Assembly (NCBI RefSeq): GCF_009914755.1
Contig: NC_060934.1
Origin: the human T2T-CHM13v2.0 reference genome, Homo sapiens
Direction: 5' to 3' (one strand)
DNA length: 64,000 nt
Below are positions 54,782 to 64,000 of the stretch, piece after piece (position 1 is the stretch's first letter; the number at the start of each line of letters is the position of its first letter). The position numbers and the translations under genes are program-made. Under the pieces are notes generated by a model. It did no database searches. It saw nothing but the letters and a program-made list of their open reading frames with translations, and was not told the origin of the DNA.

Positions 54782-55202
54782 CAGGGGCTGTGAGCCAGGG
54801 TTAAGAATTCAGTGGGTCTGTGAACTGGGATCAGAAAACAATTGACTTTTATTTTTCACTCATCTATAACTAAAATCTGTCATTTCCTTCCATTATAAAT
54901 GTGGACAAAAAAGCAGAGTTGTATGAGAGAAACCAGTGACTCTGTCACCAGTGGGAATCACAGATCATTTGACATTATCCTGCAACTGTGGCAAATTCTC
55001 AGAATACCATTTATGCAAATCATTATTTCAATATTACAGTGACCATTCAACCTGCCACTAGATAGCGTATTTACTATAGTAATCAAGAAACACATATATT
55101 AAAATATTAAAAAGTCCACACTTGGGATATATATGTTTTAGTATAATTGATTTCCTTTGTAAACCTGTGCATAGTATTTTATGCATTTAAAGACATTATC
55201 TT
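54782..55202 (+). mobile_element. Charlie4a-like hAT relic, cut at an L1 insertion
   Basis: agaattcagtgggtctgtgaact...ctttatttttcact...gtcaccagtgggaatcacagat...ttttatgcatttaaagacattat. Confidence 0.7.
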
Positions 55203-56000
55203 GGAACTCCTGCTTCCAGGAAGAAAATAGATTTGCTTTTCCCTATTGCTTCTGCCAAGCATAAATAAAAATCCTGGATATTACACAAAAGAAAAGATAA
55301 GAAGACTCTGAAGGGTGGAAATGAGACAGACCAGACAAGGACCGCAGAATCCGGGGTACAACACAGTGGAGAGTTCCCTGGGTTGTCTTTTTGCCTCGTA
55401 TATCCCAGACTTGGAGCTGAAAAGCCTGGCAGCACAAAAATACCATCAGGCATGAGCCCAAAAGCCACCCCAAAAGGCCTGCTGTCTCTAGTCAAGCCTA
55501 GAAAAAAAGCTTAGCAAGATAGATAACTCGGACGATGACTGCTCCACTCCAGCCACAGACCACAGGAACGAACACTGTGGCCAACACCCACGTGAGCAAA
55601 GCCAGGCGGAAGGCCCAGACTTCTACCTTTCCAAGGCACCCCAACACTCCCACTGGGGTGGGATCCGAAGAGGCCAAGCAGGGAGCCAGGACTTCCATTC
55701 CAGCCAGACCTTAATGACTCCCATCTCCTTCTCCACATCCCCAACCTGCCAGTATCCATGGAGCTGGGACATCCACCCCACCCAGCAGTAATAAGGGATC
55801 CCTCCCCCTCCCTACTGGGGTGGTATCAGACGGGGCCTTTAGTAGGGTCAAGACTTTCACTATTGTACAGCAGTAATGAGAAATAAGTTCCCTCTAGAGT
55901 GTCAACAGAGGCCAAATGGAAAACCTGAACGTCTACCTCCCCTAGCAGTAATGAGGCAGTGCCTCCCCCTTCCCCATCAGGGTGAGGTCACAGCTTCCAC
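55203..56000 (+). mobile_element. Old L1M 5' UTR with internal repeat units
   Basis: gcttccaggaag...cttttccctatt...ataagaagactctgaagggtgga; recurring agcagtaatragg/ccctcccc units. Confidence 0.65.
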
Positions 56001-56339
56001 CCACAAGTGGACCTCTACCACCCTCATTGCCGGGAAGGTGCTTTGCACTCAGAGCCTGGCTGGCCTCTACAAAGGCCTGGTGCTACTCTCCTTAGAGATA
56101 TTCGCTTCTCCAGCATCTACTTCCCACCATTTGCCAACTTTAACCACCCAGGGTTCAATGAGCTTACTGGAAAGGCATCCTCTACTCATTCTTTCAGGTC
56201 AGGCTGTGCAGCAGGTTCCATAGTTTGCAGTCACGGTGACACTTCTGGACATTCTGAAAACTTGAGTCCAAACCCTCAAAGAAGGCCTGGGATGAGGACA
56301 TTTGTGGCAGGGTCACCACTGTGCCAGCAAACTCTGGAG

Positions 56340-56612
56340 TCCTGGCCCAAATATTTTCACTGGAGACTTCTACCAAACACTTAAAGAAGAATTAATAGAA
56401 ATTCTACACAATCTCATTCAGACAATAATAAGAAGAACACTTTCCAATTAATTTCATGAGGCTAGTATTACTCTGAGACCAAAATCAGACAAGGATACTA
56501 CAAATCTTTTTAAGAACAGACCAGCATCCTTCACTAACATAGATGCAAAAATTCTTAGTGAAATATTAGCAGATATAACTCAGCAATATATAAAAAATAA
56601 TACGCCATGACC
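56340..56612 (+). repeat. Local copy of L1 ORF2 segment 58321-58592
   Basis: About 96% identical over ~273 bp by manual alignment. Confidence 0.95.
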
Positions 56613-56685
56613 GCCATGAAGACTTTATGTCTTCATAAAGAGAGCAGGCTGCCAGGCCCCATCACAGCACCTCTCTGGGAATGCT
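56613..56685 (+). repeat. Local duplicate of 57159-57231
   Basis: 68/73 identical. Confidence 0.95.
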
Positions 56686-56994
56686 CAGGACATCTATTTC
56701 ATTGGTATTGGAGAGTATATCTTAAGGTGTTTTGAGTAGATAGAGCTGGAGTTTGAGTCCTTGTACTCATGGCTCTCTCTCTCTCTCCAGCCCATTTTAC
56801 TCAGCCTGGATGGGGCAAGAACAGGATAGGCCACCTGTAGCATGTCTTCTTCTCCAACTTGTAGTGCTACCTCTACTCAGAAGTAACAACCCTATTCTAA
56901 TAAGCATGTTGAGCATGGCCTTATTCTCCCTTTATACCTGCATTTATTTCCTTTGTGGGTACAGCTACCAGGGGCTTTCAGAAACCCCCAACCA

Positions 56995-57144
56995 CCACTA
57001 GATAGTGTATTTACTGTAGTAATAAAGAAACACATATATTAAAATATTAAAAAGTCCACACTTGGGATATATTAACTGTTTTAGTATAATTGATTTCCTT
57101 TGTAAACCTGTGCATGTATTTTATGCATTTAAAGACATTATCTT
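56995..57144 (+). repeat. Local copy of 55055-55202
   Basis: About 95% identical over ~150 bp. Confidence 0.95.
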
Positions 57145-57230
57145 TTGATAATAAAACTGCCATGAAGACTTCATGTCTTTATGAAGGGAGCAGGCTGCCA
57201 GGCCCCATCACAGCACCTCTCTGGGATTGC

Positions 57231-57286
57231 TATTACTATTATTATTATTATATTACTATTACTATTATTACTATTACTATTATTAT
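57231..57286 (+). repeat. (TAT/TAC)n microsatellite
   Basis: Seen directly. Confidence 0.9.
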
Positions 57287-57699
57287 AAACTATTCAACAA
57301 CAAAAATAGTACTTGCTTTTGTTGTATTAATTGCAGGACCTTAACAGATAGTCAAGATAGAAGGGCTGTTTCTGTATTTTAATATTTCTATTTCACACTC
57401 AAACTCAGCACAGTTGAGTCCGTTTGAGGATTTAATTTCGTTAATCTTGAATTAGACAACTTATGATGAATCCTCATGCTGACTTTGGGGAAAAGGAGGA
57501 TCAGAAGTTCAAGGGGACCATGACAGCCCCTAGTCAGCACCTAGTTTGAAGCCAAGCACAGCCTTTCAAACCCTGGAAGGCAGATGAATGAGGCCAGCTC
57601 TGACTGAGCAGCCTGGGCAAAGTCAGAGCAGCCACCCTTCTCAATCCCTCCTCCTAGAGCACAGGCCCTCACAGACCCCTCCCTATCAATGTTCAAGGA

Positions 57700-59330
57700 A
57701 CACTATTTGAAATAAACGTGAATGGTTAAAGAAAATGTACACGGAGCTTAACGAAAATGAAATGCATCAAAATTTGTGGGACACAGCTAGAGCAATGCTG
57801 GGAGGCAAATTTATAGCAGTAAATACATACATTAGAAAAGAGAAAAAATATCCAATCAACCGTTTACTCTCCCACCTCAAAGATCAAGAAAAAGAAGAGC
57901 AAAATAAACCCACCACTAACAGAAGAAAGACAACAATAAAGATAAGAGCAGAAATCAATAAAAGTGAAAACAGAAAAACAACTTTAAAACCCCTAAAACA
58001 CAGAACTGGTTCTTCGAAAAGATCAATAAACTGTATGAACATCTAGCAAGACTGAAAACAAAAAGAAGATACAAATTACACATATCAGGAATGAAACAGG
58101 GTGTATCACAACAAACCCTGTAGACATCAAAAGAATACTAAGGAAATACTATGAACAACTCTACACACATAAATTTAACAAATTGGATGAAAGGAACCAC
58201 TTCCATGAAAAATACAAACTACCACAACTAGTCCCTTATGAAATAAATAATTTAAAAAGCCCTAAAACTATTAAGGAAATTGAATTTGTAATTTTTAAAA
58301 ACTTCTCCAAAAAGAAAATCTCCTGGCCCAAATATTTTCACTGGAGACTTCTACCAAACACTTAAAGAAGAATTAATACAAATTCTACACAATCTCATTC
58401 AGAAAACAAGAGGAAGAACGCTTTCCAATAAATTCATGAGGCCAGTATTACTCTGAGACAAAAATCAGACAAGGATACTACAAATCTTTTTAAGAACAGA
58501 CCAGCATCCTTCACTAACATAGATGCAAAAATTCTTAGTGCAATATTAGCAGATATAACTCAGCAATATATAAAAAATAATACGCCATGACCAAGTGGGG
58601 CTTATTCCAGATATACGAGGCTGGGTCAGTATTTGAAAATTAATCAATGTACTCTACCTTGTTAACAAGCTAGAGAATAAAAATTTTATAATCATGTCAT
58701 CTGATGCATAAAAGGCATTTGACAAAATTCAACACCCATTTTTACGACAATAACCCTCAGAAAAATGGGAATAGAGGGATACTTCCCCAACTTGATAAAA
58801 AGCATCTACAGAAAAGCTACAGCTGACATTAGGGACAAGGCAAGGATATTTACTCCTGCCACTTTTATTTAACATAGCAGTGGAAGCACTAGCCAGTGCA
58901 GTAAGGAAATAAAGGTAATACAAAGCAAAGAGATCACAAAGGAAGGAAGAATTAAAACTGTCCCTGTTTGCAGATGACATGATTGTCTATGTAGAATATC
59001 CCAGGAATACATACAAACACACACACACACTCCCTCCTAGAATTAAGTGACTTCAGCAAGGTAACAGGTAAAAGACAAACAAAAATCACAATCAATTGTA
59101 CATATATATACATATATATATGCAATGAAAACTTGAATATGAAATTTAAAATTAAACACTATGTACCATTGCTCAAAAAATGGAATACTCAGGTATAAAT
59201 CTAGCAAAACCTTTACAGGACTTGTGGGCTGAAAATTACTGATGAAAGAAATCAAAAAATATCAAAATAGAGAGACATACCATGTCCATGGTTTGAAAGA
59301 CTCAGCATCATGAAGATGTCAATCGTCCAC
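57700..59330 (+). mobile_element. Old L1M ORF2 remnant (pseudogenised)
   Basis: ORF 57735-58046 translates to QNLWDTARAMLGGKFIAVNTYIRK, the L1 ORF2p segment after the endonuclease domain; later aaaactgtccctgtttgcagatgacatgattgtcta encodes the RT LFADDMIV motif; frameshifted. Confidence 0.9.
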
Positions 59331-59602
59331 TTCCTCTATGCATATTAACTGTGTAGAAAAATGGGTAAAATATGTTACTTAGAACAAATTTGAATATATT
59401 TGCTTTGTCTTCTAGGGAGGTAGGGAGATAGAGGCAAGACAAATATTCCGTTCTGCTTGCTCCTTTCGTTTACAGTGAAATGGAGAATGGTGCCGAGGGA
59501 AAGGAACTCCTGAAATTTCAATGCTTCTCCCAGTTTTCCTGTGACACTAGAGGAGGGACCTGAAGATAAGTAGAGTCCCTTTGCTTAGTAGAGCACACAA
59601 AG

Positions 59603-60042
59603 TGTGCTGAGCACTGTGATGTGTCACCCAGATCTGCCTTCAGGGAAAGGGATGTATTCCCCATCTGCTGGGAGTGCTGGCAGAAGACAACTCTCAGCTG
59701 TCAGCCCTCTTCAAGGATTGCTTCAACTGGAAAGAAAATTGCCTCCCCCAAGGTCATGTCTCTTTTAGGGACAGCCTGCATCCAGTAAATAAATTGGTGC
59801 TGGGAAATAAAGGCCCAGCTCCTTGCTCCAAATCAGAACAACTCTGAAGAATCATCCCAGCTTCAGAGCAACCAGTAGGATCAGCTAAGGCCTCCACTGA
59901 CACTTAAAAGAAATCAACTTCTCCTTGTACCTTCCTGATCTTTCCCTTCCCTTCCACAGATACTGATTCCTAGAGCATTTCCTAATAAATGCCTCATGTG
60001 CTAATCTCTAATCTGCTTCCTGAGTAACCCAACCTGCAATCA
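59603..60042 (+). mobile_element. LTR16C-like ERVL 5' LTR
   Basis: cacccagatc...ctgctgggagtgctg...ctcagctgtcagccc...cctaataaa...tctgcttcctgagtaacccaacc. Confidence 0.75.
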
Positions 60043-61570
<1,528 letters not shown>

Positions 61571-62596
61571 CTGGTTTTGTTCCCGTGGCCACACAGAACA
61601 GGGAACCTGACTGCAGTCCCACCTATCTGGAACTATGGAGAAAGAGCTAATTCCATCAAAGAAAGTGGAAGTTCCAACAGGAAGAGGCAATGGAGGCTGG
61701 GCAGCCCCAAGCACAAATGTCCCTAGAATCATCTGATTACAGGGAGAAGAGTGTCTTGCCTCTTTCAGTTGCTTCACTCACACATCCATTCACATACTCA
61801 CCTACTCATTTATATTTTTTCATACTAAGCTATCTTATCTGGGAGGTACAAGAGACGAAACATGGTCTCTGTCTCTGGGTACTTACCATTGTCCTGGGGT
61901 CAGAAAACAGGCATGAAAACCATGATTAAACCACAGAGGATGGAGTACAGGTCAAAGACTGGAGCAGCTGTTATCCAGTTACCAATAGAAGTCAATATCC
62001 TTGGAGATTTAAATAAAGTGGGCCAGGGGAACAAAGTCAAGTCCATCATGTATTCCCTCCCTTAAGCTTGATCTGAGGGAGACAGAGAGTGGAAGAAGGT
62101 GGCATTCATTCATCCCCACTGTGCTCCCCACTAGACCAGTCCGGCTTCTTATTGAATAAGCTTATGAAGCTTCTTGCTGTCATTCTTGGGCAAGATAAGC
62201 TCATCTCTTGGCACCTAAATTTATTTGATATCAAATGCATACACTAATACGTATCTCTTAAAAGTTACTGTAAAGATATATATGTTTAAAAAATGGTAAA
62301 CACCCAACAAGAATTCTTGCATCATGGGAACTCGACCTAAGTGAGTCCCCGCAATACCCTCTCCTTTCTCTATTTGTCCCAGAATCCAACAGTGCAGCCC
62401 CATGCTTCGTGATAGAAAAGTGAGGTATAAATTGACATCTTTGCTTTAAATAAGCTTTACTGGGAACTGAATCCACTGACCTGCTGTCATTGTAAAGGCT
62501 GAGTGTGTTCAATAAATTGTTTTAAAAGAAAATCCATCAATCGATGGCTATCTGCTATTCAATTATCTGCCAGTTCTATTTTCCTCAGCTACTTTA

Positions 62597-62730
62597 TTTT
62601 TTTTTTTTTTAATAGAGATGAGGCCTTGCTATGTTGCCTAGGCTGGTCTCTAACTCCTGGACTCAAGCATTCCTCCCACCTCAACCTCCCAAAGTGCTGG
62701 GATTACAGATGTGAGCCACTGCACCCGGCC
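62597..62730 (-). mobile_element. FLAM/AluJ monomer
   Basis: Single monomer with T tail; TSD cagctacttt(t)att. Confidence 0.88.
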
Positions 62731-62899
62731 CAGCTACTTTATTCTTAACAGTGTCTGAAATAAGCCTGATCATGCATAAACTCACAGTGATATTCTTGCA
62801 GAGCTTAACAAACGACTTGCATTTTTCCATGTCTTCCTTATATTTTTATATATTGTTTAGTTTAAAAATAAGATGAATGATTTATAAAGTCAGAAAAAT

Positions 62900-63060
62900 A
62901 ATGATACTAAGAATTGAAACAAAATCACTGATGTATGCTCCTGCTGTGTCACTAACGCAGGCTGTGCACCCTGGGATAAGCCCCATACCCTCTCTGGGCC
63001 TCAGTCATCTCATCTATTGAATGAGGGGATTGAACCAGATGTTCCCTCATGGTCCTTCTG
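62900..63060 (+). mobile_element. MIR/MIR3 fragment
   Basis: ccctctctgggcctcagtcatctcatct...atgaggggattgaaccagatg. Confidence 0.7.
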
Positions 63061-63781
63061 AGGACCTTGGCCTCTACATGTATGTCAGAGTCTCTCCCCG
63101 CCCAGAATAGGATATTTTACAGCACGACTAGCCAGCAGGAAACTCTCAATCTTCTCCAAGTCCCAGCAGGCACAGCAGCAAGCAGAATTCTGTAAAGTGG
63201 GCAGTGCCTGGCGTGTCCCAGAATAACAGTCAACAATCAAATGCAGAAATCAGCCTTATTGCTGTGAAGTACAAGGCTGTGTCTGCTCCTCTTGGGTTCT
63301 GTTCCATCAGCTACGAGCATCCAGGAGTTAGCCTGTTCACCGTGAGTCAGGTTTGCAGTCAAAAAACAACACAATGAACTATGCTCTCTGAGCAGGTGCG
63401 CTGACCACAGGGAAGGGATGCTGAGAGTTAAATAAACCCAAAACCAAATCACCCCTAATGAACAGATTCATTAAGACACACATCCTAACTACCTTGACAA
63501 TAAGCATGAGAAATTGGTGCATAAATACAGTCTTACCGTGATTTTTCTTTTCTTAGTCCAGGCAGGCTGATTTCTATTCAGGCTGTAGCTGCAGCCCCTG
63601 AGTATTATTACCTGCTGATTATCATAATAGGCACCTGAGCAAGAATGGCTTGATAAATTGCTCATGCACTGGTGTATTTAGCAGGGCATTCATTCAAGCA
63701 GCCAGAGCATTCTTCATCCTTCCATTGGAGTGGAAAATAACCAGTAGCAAAGGCAGAAGAAAGACATGGGTAATAAATTTT

Positions 63782-63842
63782 AGGAGGGAGGGAGGGTAAG
63801 GAGAGAAGGGAGGGAAAGGAGGAGAGGAAAGGAGGCGAGGGA
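63782..63842 (+). repeat. Polypurine (GGA/GGGA-rich) tract
   Basis: About 60 nt, almost all purine, with several GGG runs. Confidence 0.85.
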
Positions 63843-64000
63843 CGTCCATCTAATGATAGAATATCAGACCTCACTTGGTCAGCATCCACAGAGGGCATGG
63901 GTTGGCTTGGGAGACCCACTGTGGGCTTAGCTTTGTGTCAAGGCCAGCCTTTGCACAACATGTGCCAGGAGACCAGCTGTCTGGACGTCAAAGGATACTG

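Noticed and set aside
55054-55068. CTCF-like gccactagatagcg
   Set aside because: Has A at a nearly invariant G and derives from the Charlie element sequence.
57735-58365. ORFs resembling L1 ORF2p
   Set aside because: Real homology but fragmented by stops and frameshifts; recorded as a mobile-element remnant, not a CDS.

Overview
Primate (human-like) non-coding DNA, either intergenic or deep intronic. I found no supportable protein-coding exon, tRNA or CRISPR array. The ORF track is explained by Alu, L1 and LTR sequence or by chance. The window is dominated by interspersed repeats: about 15 Alu/FLAM copies (one AluY), old L1M blocks, two L1PA 3' ends, MaLR/ERVL/ERV1 solo LTRs, an ERVL provirus remnant, MIR/L2 and DNA-transposon relics (MER91, MER58A, MER8, MER2, MER3, MER5, Charlie, two MADE1). 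Subfamily names come from my recall of consensus sequences, not from a RepeatMasker run, and boundaries without a stated target-site duplication (TSD) are approximate. Structures not explained by routine annotation: (1) a cluster of five local 45-273 bp duplications (about 89-96% identical) at 50.9-58.6 kb, partly replacing the interior of an old L1, with junction microhomology; (2) an 84-nt near-perfect hairpin (36-bp stem) inside an old L1; (3) a tailless 42-nt 5S rRNA retrocopy with a TSD; (4) an L1PA insertion with a probable 3' transduction; (5) an inverted Alu pair 54 bp apart; (6) motif-dense repeat-free islands that look like enhancers. I cannot support a new multi-gene system. The best candidates are the template-switch patchwork and the hairpin.
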